Assembly: GCA_035698525.1 (NCBI GenBank)
Contig: DASSBR010000031.1
Span: 4,490-68,489, forward strand
Reading direction: 5' to 3'
DNA: 64,000 nt
From: Gammaproteobacteria bacterium
Lineage (GTDB): Bacteria; Pseudomonadota; Gammaproteobacteria; Natronospirales; DASSBR01
Positions 43,373-54,520 of this stretch are shown here, in pieces (within the stretch, counting starts at the first letter, position 1; every line of letters starts with the position of its first letter). The notes beneath the pieces are model-generated. The model was not told where the DNA came from, made no database searches, and was given only the letters and a program-made list of their open reading frames with translations. The position numbers and the translations under genes are program-made.

Positions 43373-43483
43373 TTATTTATGGTAAGCATCGGCCTTGATT
43401 ACTTCAAAGCCGCGCCACCCCCAATAGACACGGTGATGTTTTATAAGGCCGTTTTCGACTTCCATAACCTCAAAGAAATCCAT
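43373..43483 (-). pseudogene. Possible remnant (C-terminal about 36 codons) of a SnoaL/NTF2-like gene
   Basis: My own translation is MDFFEVMEVENGLIKHHRVYWGWRGFEVIKADAYHK*. It resembles the C-terminal strand pair of NTF2-fold proteins (F.V.dGkI...YwD). No N-terminal part is detectable upstream. Confidence 0.3.
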
Positions 43484-43640
43484 TTGCTCTAAAACATCGG
43501 GTTAGGCGCCGGCAGTTCGCAGTACGCGCCGAGTCCAAGGCCGGCCTGCAGCCGGAGCAAACCGCAGGCCGCAGAACCTCCTTTCTACCCGATGCTGTTC
43601 CCTTCATCATAGCACCCGCTGGTTGTGTAGAATTCGCCGA

Positions 43641-45131
43641 ATGAGTTTCATTCTTGCCATCGACCAGGGGACTACCGGCACGACCGTGCTGGTGTTTGCG
43701 CGCGACGGCGCTGTGCGGACCCGCGTTTGCTGTGAATTCGCTCAGCATTATCCGCAGCCCGGTTGGGTTGAGCACGATCCGGATGAAATCGTTGATGTTA
43801 CGGTCAAGGCCGTTGCTGCCGCGCTGGCAGAGAGCGGTGTTGCCGCGGGCGATATTCATGCTGTCGGTATCAGCAATCAGCGTGAGACAGTGGTGCTGTG
43901 GGATAGGGCAACGGGCGCGCCAGTCGCACCGGCGATTGTCTGGCAGGATCGGCGTACGGCCGAGCATTGCGAAGCGCTGAAGCGCGACGGGCGCGAAGAG
44001 CTGATTCAGCACAAGACGGGACTCGTGATCGACCCCTACTTCTCCGCGACGAAACTTGCATGGTTACTCGATAACCATGACGGGCTGCGTGCGCGGGCAG
44101 CGCGCGGCGAACTGGCGTTTGGCACTATCGATGCGTGGCTGTTGCATCGGCTGACTGCCGGCGCGGTGCATGTGACGGATGAAACGAATGCTTCGCGCAC
44201 GTTGCTTTACAACATTCGCGAACGCCGCTGGGATGATGATCTGCTGGCGCTTTTCAACATCCCGCCCGCGATGCTGCCGGACGTTGCATCGTCGGCGCAT
44301 GTGTTCGGCGAAACCGACCCCGACACGCTGTGCGGCATTCGTGCGCCGATTGCCGGTGTGGCCGGCGATCAACAGGCGGCGCTGTTCGGTCATGGCTGCC
44401 ATCGTGCGGGCCTGGCGAAGAATACTTACGGCACCGGCTCGTTTCTGTTGCTGAATACCGGGAGCGAGGCGATTGCCAGCCATGAGCGGCTGCTGACGAC
44501 AAGTGCCTGCGTGTTGAACAACGGTGCGCAGTACGCGCTTGAAGGTGCGATCTTTACCACTGGCGCGGCGGTGCAGTGGTTGCGCGACGGCCTCGGCATG
44601 ATCCAAGCCGCCGCGGAAACCGAGGCGCTTGCGGCTTCAACTCCTAATAACGGCGACGTGTATTTTGTGCCTGCACTGGCGGGGCTCGGTGCGCCGCACT
44701 GGGACCCGCAGGCGCGCGGCATGCTGATCGGCATTACGCGTGGCACCAATCGGGCGCAGGTGGCGCGCGCGGTGCTGGAGAGCATCGCTTACCGCACGCG
44801 CGATCTGACGCTGGCGATGGAGCGCGAATCGGGCGTGGCGCTGTCTGCACTACGCTGCGACGGCGGCGGTTCGAATAACGGCTTCTTGATGCAGTTTCAG
44901 GCGGACATGCTCGGCGTGCCGGTCGAGGTGCCGGAGCTGACGGATGTGACGGCTCTGGGAGCGGCCTGTCTCGCAGGAATTGGGAGCGGGTTCTGGTCGG
45001 TGGATGAGGCGCCTTTTGCGGATCGATTGCCGATGCGACGGTATGAGCCGGCGATGCCGGATGTAGCACGGGATGTGCTTTATGAGCAATGGCTGGGGGC
45101 CTTGGCTCGAGCGAGGCATTGGGCGGTTTAG
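43641..45131 (+). CDS. glpK: Glycerol kinase
   Basis: MSFILAIDQGTTGTTVLVF...YPQPGWVEHDP... and FGGY kinase motifs throughout. Start at the ATG at 43641. Confidence 0.95.
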   Translation: MSFILAIDQGTTGTTVLVFARDGAVRTRVCCEFAQHYPQPGWVEHDPDEIVDVTVKAVAAALAESGVAAGDIHAVGISNQRETVVLWDRATGAPVAPAIVWQDRRTAEHCEALKRDGREELIQHKTGLVIDPYFSATKLAWLLDNHDGLRARAARGELAFGTIDAWLLHRLTAGAVHVTDETNASRTLLYNIRERRWDDDLLALFNIPPAMLPDVASSAHVFGETDPDTLCGIRAPIAGVAGDQQAALFGHGCHRAGLAKNTYGTGSFLLLNTGSEAIASHERLLTTSACVLNNGAQYALEGAIFTTGAAVQWLRDGLGMIQAAAETEALAASTPNNGDVYFVPALAGLGAPHWDPQARGMLIGITRGTNRAQVARAVLESIAYRTRDLTLAMERESGVALSALRCDGGGSNNGFLMQFQADMLGVPVEVPELTDVTALGAACLAGIGSGFWSVDEAPFADRLPMRRYEPAMPDVARDVLYEQWLGALARARHWAV

Positions 45132-45320
45132 TGTTGCCAATCGGAGCCTGACGTCACCCTGGCGGCAATGTCGCTGGCTTATTGGTGCGGGTTGCCGTAG
45201 ACTGCGCCCACCTTGTCGCGGCGCTTTCCGGTCTGCTGCCCCGCCAAACCTCTCGTCACTAAAACTGCCTGGACCGGCTCGGCGTCAATCGCCGCGCAGG
45301 CGGATTCAGGAAAAATCTCT

Positions 45321-46616
45321 ATGTCATTTTCTTCGCTCGGCCTGTCGGCCGAACTTTTGCGTGCCGTGTCCGAACAGGGCTACCACGAACCGACGCCCGT
45401 GCAGGCACAAGCCATTCCGGTGGTGCTGGACGGACATGATCTGCTCGCCGCCGCGCAAACCGGCACCGGCAAGACGGCCGGTTTCACGCTGCCATTGTTG
45501 CAGCGCCTGATGACGACGCCGTTCAACGGACCGCGCCGCGGCAAACCCGTGCGCGCGCTGATTCTGACGCCGACGCGCGAACTCGCCGCCCAAGTCGGCG
45601 ACAGCGTGCAGACTTACGGCAAGCACCTGCCGCTGACGGCGGCGGTGATTTTCGGCGGCGTGAACATCAACCCGCAGATTGCACGCCTGCGCCGCGGCGT
45701 CGATATCGTCGTCGCCACACCGGGCCGATTGCTGGACCACGTCCAGCAAGGCACGGTCGATCTCGGGCACGTTGAAATTCTGGTGCTCGACGAAGCGGAC
45801 CGGATGCTCGACATGGGCTTTATCCGCGACATCCGCCGCATCCTCGCGCTGCTGCCGAAAGAACGCCAGAACCTGCTGTTCTCCGCGACGTTTTCGAAGG
45901 ACATCCGCCAGCTCGCCAACGATCTGTTGAAGCAGCCGAAGATGATTGACGTATCGCCGCGCACGCTGACGGCCGATCGCGTCAGTCAGCGCGTGCATCC
46001 GGTCGACAAGGCGCGCAAACGCGCCCTGCTCTCGCACCTGATTCGCGGTGAGCAATGGGGCCAGGTACTGGTCTTTACACGCACAAAGCACGGCGCGAAC
46101 CGGCTGACCCGCCAGCTTGAAAGCGACGGTATTCAGGCGGCCGCCATTCATGGCAATAAAAGCCAGGGCGCGCGTACCAAGGCGCTGGCCGACTTCAAGC
46201 AAAACCGGATCCAGGCGCTGGTGGCGACCGATATCGCCGCGCGCGGGCTCGACATCGATCAATTACCGCACGTGGTGAACTTCGAGCTGCCCAACGTGCC
46301 GGAAGACTACGTCCACCGCATCGGCCGCACTGCCCGCGCGGGCAGTGAAGGCGAGGCGGTGTCGCTGGTCTCGGCGGACGAAGCGAAGCTGCTGGCCGAT
46401 ATTGAGCGGCTGCTGAAGCAGACGCTGACCAAGGCTGTTGTCGCGGGGTATGAGCCCGATCCATCTGCCATGCCGGAGCCAGCCAAACCACTCTCGCGCG
46501 GCCGGCCGGCGCGGCATTCGGCCAGCGGCAACAAGGCGCATGGTCGCCCGAATGGGGGCGCCGGCCGCAAGCGGCGCGCCGGTCGGCGCCGCGGCACCGG
46601 CAATACCCAAGAATAA
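45321..46616 (+). CDS. rhlE: ATP-dependent RNA helicase RhlE (DEAD-box)
   Basis: [16 protein letters not shown]..., [31 protein letters not shown] and a basic C-terminal tail. Start at the ATG at 45321. Confidence 0.9.
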   Translation: MSFSSLGLSAELLRAVSEQGYHEPTPVQAQAIPVVLDGHDLLAAAQTGTGKTAGFTLPLLQRLMTTPFNGPRRGKPVRALILTPTRELAAQVGDSVQTYGKHLPLTAAVIFGGVNINPQIARLRRGVDIVVATPGRLLDHVQQGTVDLGHVEILVLDEADRMLDMGFIRDIRRILALLPKERQNLLFSATFSKDIRQLANDLLKQPKMIDVSPRTLTADRVSQRVHPVDKARKRALLSHLIRGEQWGQVLVFTRTKHGANRLTRQLESDGIQAAAIHGNKSQGARTKALADFKQNRIQALVATDIAARGLDIDQLPHVVNFELPNVPEDYVHRIGRTARAGSEGEAVSLVSADEAKLLADIERLLKQTLTKAVVAGYEPDPSAMPEPAKPLSRGRPARHSASGNKAHGRPNGGAGRKRRAGRRRGTGNTQE

Positions 46617-46692
46617 CCCTTGGTCCGTGCCGGAGGGCGTTCCTTCTGCGTTACACTAGTCGATGCATTACCCTCACTAAAAAGGACTTCAA

Positions 46693-48603
<1,911 letters not shown>

Positions 48604-48608
48604 AACGC

Positions 48609-49028
48609 TTACTCCACCGACGGCGGCCTGCGGAGACTCTTTTTCTTGCCCCGCGTGCGCTTTGCGTCGACGCGCTTTTTCTTCACCGCCCGGCTGATCT
48701 TCGTCTTCTTGCGCGGCTTCGGTACGAACGTCGCGCGTTCTATCAGCCGCACCAGGCGCTCGATGGCGTCGTCGCGATTGCGCTCCTGCGTGCGGTAACG
48801 CTTTGCTTCGATCACGATGACGCCTTCCTTCGTCGCGCGCCTGCCGGCGACGCGAATCGCGCGGGCGCGCACATCCTCCGGCAACGAATCGGCGTGGCGT
48901 GCATCGAAGCGCAATTGGACGGCGGTTGCGACCTTGTTGACGTTCTGCCCACCCGGGCCGGACGCACGAATGAAGTCGAACTCGAGCGCGTCATCGGAGA
49001 TCGACAGATTGTTATTTATTTTTATCAA
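48609..49028 (-). CDS. arfB: Peptidyl-tRNA hydrolase ArfB (alternative ribosome-rescue factor B)
   Basis: GGQ motif (GPGGQNVNKV) and a basic C-terminal tail. 139 aa, aligns with E. coli YaeJ. The TTG start overlaps the PhoD-like stop (TTGA). Confidence 0.9.
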   Translation of the reverse strand: MIKINNNLSISDDALEFDFIRASGPGGQNVNKVATAVQLRFDARHADSLPEDVRARAIRVAGRRATKEGVIVIEAKRYRTQERNRDDAIERLVRLIERATFVPKPRKKTKISRAVKKKRVDAKRTRGKKKSLRRPPSVE

Positions 49029-50671
49029 TTCAGTTGGTGGCTGAAGACTTCTTCAAGTTCCGGGCTGCTCGGCGATTCCCCCGGTATGGTCTTTTCAATT
49101 TTCAGTTGCGCCGCGCCATCTTTCAACTCCAGCAGCGCAATCTGGTTATTGAACCACGGCTCGGGGTGTACCAGGTGCCAGGCAAGCGGCGCTTTGCGCA
49201 CACCGGCAAGACGCGCCAGGCCGCGCAGCATGGCGGGCACGATGCGGTGCCAACCGAGGCGCATGATGACTCGCTCCTTTTTGCCCAGCGCGTTGCGAAA
49301 CGGCGAACAGACGATTTGATACATCGTGCTGTGCGCGTTCGTACCATCGCGGAATGCCGCGCGCGCCGCGTAGGCATGATGCACATCGCCCGACAGGAAC
49401 AGTATGGACTTCGGCGGCCGGCCGCGCTCGCCGCTCGCCACCCTTTGCAGCAGGGCCGCCAGGTCGAGAAACGAGCGTTGGAATGCCGGCCAGTGTTCCA
49501 GATCGAGCCGGCGGCGCAGTTTTTCTCCCCAGGTCGCAGCCTTTTGACCCCACACGCCGCGGCACAGCGCTTCGTCGAACGCTTCGAGATGATGTATGCC
49601 GGGGGAGGTCAAGAAAGGCAACGATGTGCCGATCAGCAGGTGATCGAAATCGCCGGTCGCATAGCGACTGACCCACTCCCATTCCGCCTCGTCGACCATG
49701 GCGCGGCGATCGTCCTCAAGCACGCGGCTCGCGCGCGAGTCGATCATCACGAGGCGCGTGTTGCCGAAATCGCGGTGATAACTCCAGCGGCAAGTGTGGG
49801 ATTCGCGGTCCGCGCGCCACGCGAAGTCGCGCAGCAAGTCCGTCGCGTCATCCGTATCCTGTACCTGGCGAAACAGTTCGTTTTCGTAAAGTTCGTCCGG
49901 CGACAGGTTGCCGAGGTGCTGGTAGAGCCAGTAGCTCATGAACGCACCGCAAATGCGACCGTCCCACCACGGCTTGTCGCGCATCTCGTGCACCCACGCC
50001 TCGGAGATGTTCCAGTCGTCGCTGACGTCATGGTCGTCGAAGATCATGACGCTCGACACCGTCGAGAGCAGCCAGCGCACCGCCGGGTCGCGCCACGATT
50101 CGCGATATAAATAGGTGTATTCCTCGAAGTCGGCAATTTCGTAGCCAGGCGGCTCGTCGGGATTGCGGCGCGAGCGGATGAATTCGCAGGTGCCGGGCGA
50201 CACGTCGTCGCCGTAAATCTGGTCGCCGACGAGGAGCAGCAGGTCGGGCCATTCAGCGGGATTCTGTTCGCGCATGCGGAGCGCGAACGCGTTCAGCGCA
50301 TCGATGCCGCGGCCATGCTCGTCTTCATCCATCGGTTCGGTGTACGGCGGTTCGTGCGGCGCAAAAACGCGGCACGAACCGAAGGCGACGCGCAACGCAC
50401 CGCCTCTGATCGTCTGGATCGCACTGGCGGGCCAGTCGCTGTCCGCTTCCGGCCAGGCTCGCTTGCCGTCGAGTTGCACGGTGTAGGGATAGCGTTGCCC
50501 CGGTTCGAGGTCGGTCAGGCGTACGATCGCGTAATGGTGATTGAGCACGCAAAAGGTTTTGGCAATGTGGCCGTTGATGCTGACGTCGCAAACCGCATCC
50601 GTTTCGACCCAGACGGTCGCTTCGTGCGCGCCCACGTAACGCAACATCGGGCCGAGCACGAGTTCAGCCAT
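49025..50671 (-). CDS. PhoD-like metallophosphatase (alkaline phosphatase D family) without a recognisable signal peptide
   Basis: N-terminal PhoD_N-like beta domain (GPMLRYVGAHEATVWVETD). Metallophosphatase motifs are LLVGDQIYGDD, FDDHDVSDDWN and FLSGDVHHAY. The N-terminus MAELVLGPML lacks a Tat or Sec leader. Confidence 0.8.
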   Translation of the reverse strand: MAELVLGPMLRYVGAHEATVWVETDAVCDVSINGHIAKTFCVLNHHYAIVRLTDLEPGQRYPYTVQLDGKRAWPEADSDWPASAIQTIRGGALRVAFGSCRVFAPHEPPYTEPMDEDEHGRGIDALNAFALRMREQNPAEWPDLLLLVGDQIYGDDVSPGTCEFIRSRRNPDEPPGYEIADFEEYTYLYRESWRDPAVRWLLSTVSSVMIFDDHDVSDDWNISEAWVHEMRDKPWWDGRICGAFMSYWLYQHLGNLSPDELYENELFRQVQDTDDATDLLRDFAWRADRESHTCRWSYHRDFGNTRLVMIDSRASRVLEDDRRAMVDEAEWEWVSRYATGDFDHLLIGTSLPFLTSPGIHHLEAFDEALCRGVWGQKAATWGEKLRRRLDLEHWPAFQRSFLDLAALLQRVASGERGRPPKSILFLSGDVHHAYAARAAFRDGTNAHSTMYQIVCSPFRNALGKKERVIMRLGWHRIVPAMLRGLARLAGVRKAPLAWHLVHPEPWFNNQIALLELKDGAAQLKIEKTIPGESPSSPELEEVFSHQLN

Positions 50672-51554
50672 GGTCCCCGTCGTCCTCGACCCGCGGCGAC
50701 CGCGCCAGACCGATCGCGCTGGCGGCGATGGCGGCGCCGCTGATCAGCGCGAGCAAAATAAACAAGCCGCCACGCATGCGTTCGTCGAACACCAGCGCGC
50801 CCCAGACGATTGACACCGCCGGGTCGACCAGCGTGATACCCGGCTGCGCCGCGACGAGCTTGCCGGCGTGGACGGCATTTTGCAGCAGCCACATGCCGGC
50901 GACGGAGGCGAGAATCGCGAGGTAAATCTGCCAGGACGTGATGACGGCGACGAAGCCTTGATGAAACTGCAGGGTTACACCCTTCATCAAGGCTGCGAAC
51001 AGCGCGAAGCAGATGCCGGTCGCTATCCCGAGCAACGCCGCGTCGTGCGCGCTTTCCGTCCCTCGCGTCAGCGCGTAAATCGCGATCATGGGCCCAATGG
51101 TCGCCGCCAGCGCAATCGCCCACGTTAACGGGCTGATATGGGACGCATGACCGCCTTGCGGATTCAGAAACCCGACGACGCCCGCGGTACCGGCTGTCAT
51201 CACTGCGATGTAAAGCCAGTCGCGCCAGCGCAGCTTGCTGCCGAGAAACAACGACGCGCCGATGAGCGTGAACGGCAGCTCCAGGATCACTACGGTCTGC
51301 ACCGTGGCGAGCGGACCGAATGCCAGCGCGCCGATTTGGAAGATGGATCCGAGCACCACGCCGGCGATGCCCGCCAGCCACAGCGGGCGCTTGGCAAGAT
51401 CGAGAAACAGCCGCGCACTTTCCTGATCTTCCTCAGGCACTTCGCGGCTGGGCTTGCGCTGCAGAATCTGCCCGGCCGCGTTCGCCAGCGCCGCCAGCAG
51501 TGCCAGTCCGTAGGCCGCATACTCTCCGCCGAAAGCGCCCGAAAAAATATGCAT
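50664..51554 (-). CDS. DMT-superfamily membrane transporter
   Basis: About 296 aa from MHIFSGAFGG (ATG 51554), with 9-10 hydrophobic segments. The upstream part of the track ORF overlaps treY and looks non-coding. Confidence 0.7.
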   Translation of the reverse strand: MHIFSGAFGGEYAAYGLALLAALANAAGQILQRKPSREVPEEDQESARLFLDLAKRPLWLAGIAGVVLGSIFQIGALAFGPLATVQTVVILELPFTLIGASLFLGSKLRWRDWLYIAVMTAGTAGVVGFLNPQGGHASHISPLTWAIALAATIGPMIAIYALTRGTESAHDAALLGIATGICFALFAALMKGVTLQFHQGFVAVITSWQIYLAILASVAGMWLLQNAVHAGKLVAAQPGITLVDPAVSIVWGALVFDERMRGGLFILLALISGAAIAASAIGLARSPRVEDDGDHG

Positions 51555-51556
51555 TG

Positions 51557-54358
51557 TTATGTCCTTATAACCGCCAACGGCAGATCGGCGAACAAGTCCG
51601 GAGCCGCGATGGCTTTCGACGAAGCCAACGGCCTGCCGTGGATGACATCGTACCATTCAGCCGCCCCACCCTCCGGCAGATGCACATACGTCTGCGCCCA
51701 ATCGCGCGCGTGCGCCGCCGGCAGCATGACGGCAACCGCCATCCGGCGGTCTCCAAGTTCGCGCACGAATGCACAGACGCGTTCTGCCCGCGGGCCCTCG
51801 ACATCCAGCGGCTGATAGCTTCCATCCGCAAAAAACGCGGCGTGGCTTCGCCGCAATTCCAGCAGCTTGTGCAGCACGAAGAGTTTGATGCGGCCATCGT
51901 GCCAGCGCTCGCGCATCTCGCGCAGCATCGTGCTTTGCACTGCTTCAATCGACTTGATGTCTTGCAGCAATTGTCGCCGCGCGTCGAAGTCCACCGGCCG
52001 ACGGTTGTCTGGATCAACGAGACTGAGATCCCACAACTCGCCACCCTGATAAATGTCCGGAACGCCGGGGCAGGTGAGCTTGAGCGTCAATTGCACGAGG
52101 CTTGCATCGACGCCGGCCGCGGCTACTTCGCGTGCAAATGGCAGGAAGTCGTCGAGAAACAGGCTTCCGCCATCGGGATCTATTATTCGGACGACAAAAT
52201 CGGCGACAGCCTGTTCGTAGGCCGCATCCGGGTTGGTCCACGACGAATGGCGCTTGGCTTCGCGAATTGCCTTGTTCATGTAGCCTTGCACACGTTCGAC
52301 AAAACGAGCCGCCGCGTCGGCATTCCACTCATCCGCCAGCAGTTCAACCGGCCATGCGCCGATGAGCGTCTGGTAGAGCAGATACTCGTCGTTGCGATCC
52401 GGCGCGGGCTGGTCGTTGACCGACTGCTTCCTGCGCCGGTTCGAGCGCGCCCAATACCGCACATGGCGATTCCATTCCGCCGGCGTCGCCGCTAGTATCG
52501 CAAGGCGCGCACGCACGTCCTCGCCGCGCTTGGTGTCGTGGGTGGCCGTCGTCAACTGCGCGTGCGGCCAGTATTCGGCGCGCTCGCCATTGGCATGATG
52601 AAACGCGGCGACCGAAATGCCGAACCGGCCCGGATCGCCACCGACGTCGTTCAGCCCGATAAGCCGGTCGTAACGATACAGCACCGTGTCCTCAAAGCCC
52701 TTGGCCATCACCGGGCTCGTGTACTGCTGAAACTTCATCGCAAAGTGCACAACCTCGCGGCGGTTGTAGCCGCTGCCGGTCTCGCTTACAAGATCGGCAG
52801 TCAGCGCCGCTTCGACGAAATCGAAAATGTCCTCTTCCGGGCCTTCCCAGCGGCGGCGCGCCTGGGCGATCGCCCAGCTGATATCGCGACGGTCGTCGGC
52901 GCTCGCGCCGCGCGCATCGACGTAGGTGCGATAAACGGGAAAGCATGCGACCACCTGGCGCAGCGCGGCCGTCAGGCTTTCGAGCGTGTAATCGCGCGTG
53001 TTCCAATGGCGCTCGGCGATGCGGTTCAGGTCGCGCGCCAGCACGTGCAGTTCGCTCGACAGTTTGGTGTCGATGACCTGCCGCTTCGCCTGGTAAATCA
53101 GTTCGGGAAGGTCGATCTCGCGGCCAACGAAGCGGTAATACGTGCGTGTCATCGCCGCCTCGCCGTCGGAGTCGATGAGTAGGCCGTTCACTTGGTTCAT
53201 GAAGTCGTATCCGGTCGTGCCGGCGATGGGCCAGTCGCGCAGATGTTCATGACGGGCGAGAATTTTTTCGATGGAAATGTAGAACGGCCTGTCGATACGG
53301 CTGACAAGGCGTCGGCAGTACTCGGCCGGGTCGAACAGGCCGTCGATGTGATCGAGACGCAGTCCGTCCAGGCGGCCTTCGGCCAGCAGGCGGCCAACGA
53401 GGCGATGTGCCACGTCGAATAATTGCGGGTTTTCGATCCGAATACCGGCGAGTGCGTTGATGTCGAAGAAGCGCCGGTAGTTGATTTCATCGGCGGCGAC
53501 GCGCCAGTAGGCGAGCCGATAGGCCTGACGTTCCAGCAGGCGATGCAGCGCCCTGAAGGTCTCCGGCCCGCCGGCGTGGCCGGCCAATGCGGCGATGCCG
53601 GCTTCGATCGCGGAGAGTATCGCCGGTTCGCCGGCGGCGAGTGTGGCAAGCCGCGTCTTGAGTTCCATGGCGCGGTTCCGTGTCTCGGCGATACGCCGCG
53701 CCGACATTGTCGCGGTCGTCCGCAGGCCGGCAAATTGTTCGGCCAGCGTCATGAGTTCCACCGGCGCCTCGCCGGCTTCTACAGCAGCGCGCAAGACGAT
53801 CTCGTAGTCGCGCGGCGCGATCGGAAAGCGATGCTCGAAGTACCAGACGCTGAACGTGCCGCTTTGCATGTCGAAGCGGGGTTCAAGATGGCCGGCCTCG
53901 AGTACGCGCCCGTAATGATCGCCGAGAAAGGGCAGCAGCACCTTGTTACGAAGCCGCGGGTCGGTGGGTGTCCAGTCGATGTCAAAGTAGTCGGAGTAAG
54001 GCGATGCCCGCCCCCATTCGAGTACGTCGAGCCACCACACGTTGTCCGCTTCGGCGATGCCCATGTGATTCGGTACGAAATCGAGGATGTGACCGAGACC
54101 ATGCCGCTTGAGCGTAAGGCTGAGACGCTCGAAATCTTCGGCGCTGCCGACTTCCGGGTTGAATTGGTTATGGTCGATGATGTCGTAGCCGTGCAAGCTG
54201 CCGGCGCGCGCCTTGAGCCATGGCGATGCGTAGAGATGGCTGATACCGAGCTGGGCGAGGTACGGCACGAGGCGCTCGGCGTCCGCGAAGGTGAAGTCGC
54301 GGTTGAATTGGAGCCGGTAGGTGGCGCGAGGGACAAATTTTAGTGCGTTGCCATTCAT
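51557..54358 (-). CDS. treY: Malto-oligosyltrehalose synthase
   Basis: 933 aa. N-terminus TYRLQFNRDFTFADAERLVPYLAQLGISHLYASPWLKA and the GH13 motif ILDFVPNHMG. Confidence 0.95.
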   Translation of the reverse strand: MNGNALKFVPRATYRLQFNRDFTFADAERLVPYLAQLGISHLYASPWLKARAGSLHGYDIIDHNQFNPEVGSAEDFERLSLTLKRHGLGHILDFVPNHMGIAEADNVWWLDVLEWGRASPYSDYFDIDWTPTDPRLRNKVLLPFLGDHYGRVLEAGHLEPRFDMQSGTFSVWYFEHRFPIAPRDYEIVLRAAVEAGEAPVELMTLAEQFAGLRTTATMSARRIAETRNRAMELKTRLATLAAGEPAILSAIEAGIAALAGHAGGPETFRALHRLLERQAYRLAYWRVAADEINYRRFFDINALAGIRIENPQLFDVAHRLVGRLLAEGRLDGLRLDHIDGLFDPAEYCRRLVSRIDRPFYISIEKILARHEHLRDWPIAGTTGYDFMNQVNGLLIDSDGEAAMTRTYYRFVGREIDLPELIYQAKRQVIDTKLSSELHVLARDLNRIAERHWNTRDYTLESLTAALRQVVACFPVYRTYVDARGASADDRRDISWAIAQARRRWEGPEEDIFDFVEAALTADLVSETGSGYNRREVVHFAMKFQQYTSPVMAKGFEDTVLYRYDRLIGLNDVGGDPGRFGISVAAFHHANGERAEYWPHAQLTTATHDTKRGEDVRARLAILAATPAEWNRHVRYWARSNRRRKQSVNDQPAPDRNDEYLLYQTLIGAWPVELLADEWNADAAARFVERVQGYMNKAIREAKRHSSWTNPDAAYEQAVADFVVRIIDPDGGSLFLDDFLPFAREVAAAGVDASLVQLTLKLTCPGVPDIYQGGELWDLSLVDPDNRRPVDFDARRQLLQDIKSIEAVQSTMLREMRERWHDGRIKLFVLHKLLELRRSHAAFFADGSYQPLDVEGPRAERVCAFVRELGDRRMAVAVMLPAAHARDWAQTYVHLPEGGAAEWYDVIHGRPLASSKAIAAPDLFADLPLAVIRT

Positions 54359-54388
54359 CGCTTGTCGGCTTCGTTTCCGGCGCCCGCC

Positions 54389-54479
54389 GCGGTAGATATT
54401 CCCGGGGACGCCGTAAATACATCCCTGTAGGCTCTGGGTTCGGCATCCTGCCTCACACAGCCCCGGAAATATCTACCGC
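54389..54479. repeat. Structured repeat copy 2: the same 59-nt core (54405-54463) enclosed by different inverted-repeat arms
   Basis: The left arm gcggtagatattcccgggg (54389-54407) pairs with ccccggaaatatctaccgc (54461-54479), giving 18 of 19 pairs. The core is 56/59 identical to 13937-13995. It lies in the 162-nt malQ-treY spacer. Confidence 0.75.
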
Positions 54480-54520
54480 ACCGTGCGCCTATCCTGACGC
54501 GTGTGCCGGCAACGCTTCGC

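Noticed and set aside
46617-46692. Sigma32 heat-shock promoter upstream of ftsH
   Set aside because: Only a weak CCCTCACT resemblance to the -10 element CCCCATNT was found, with no properly spaced CTTGAA -35 element. This is not supportable.
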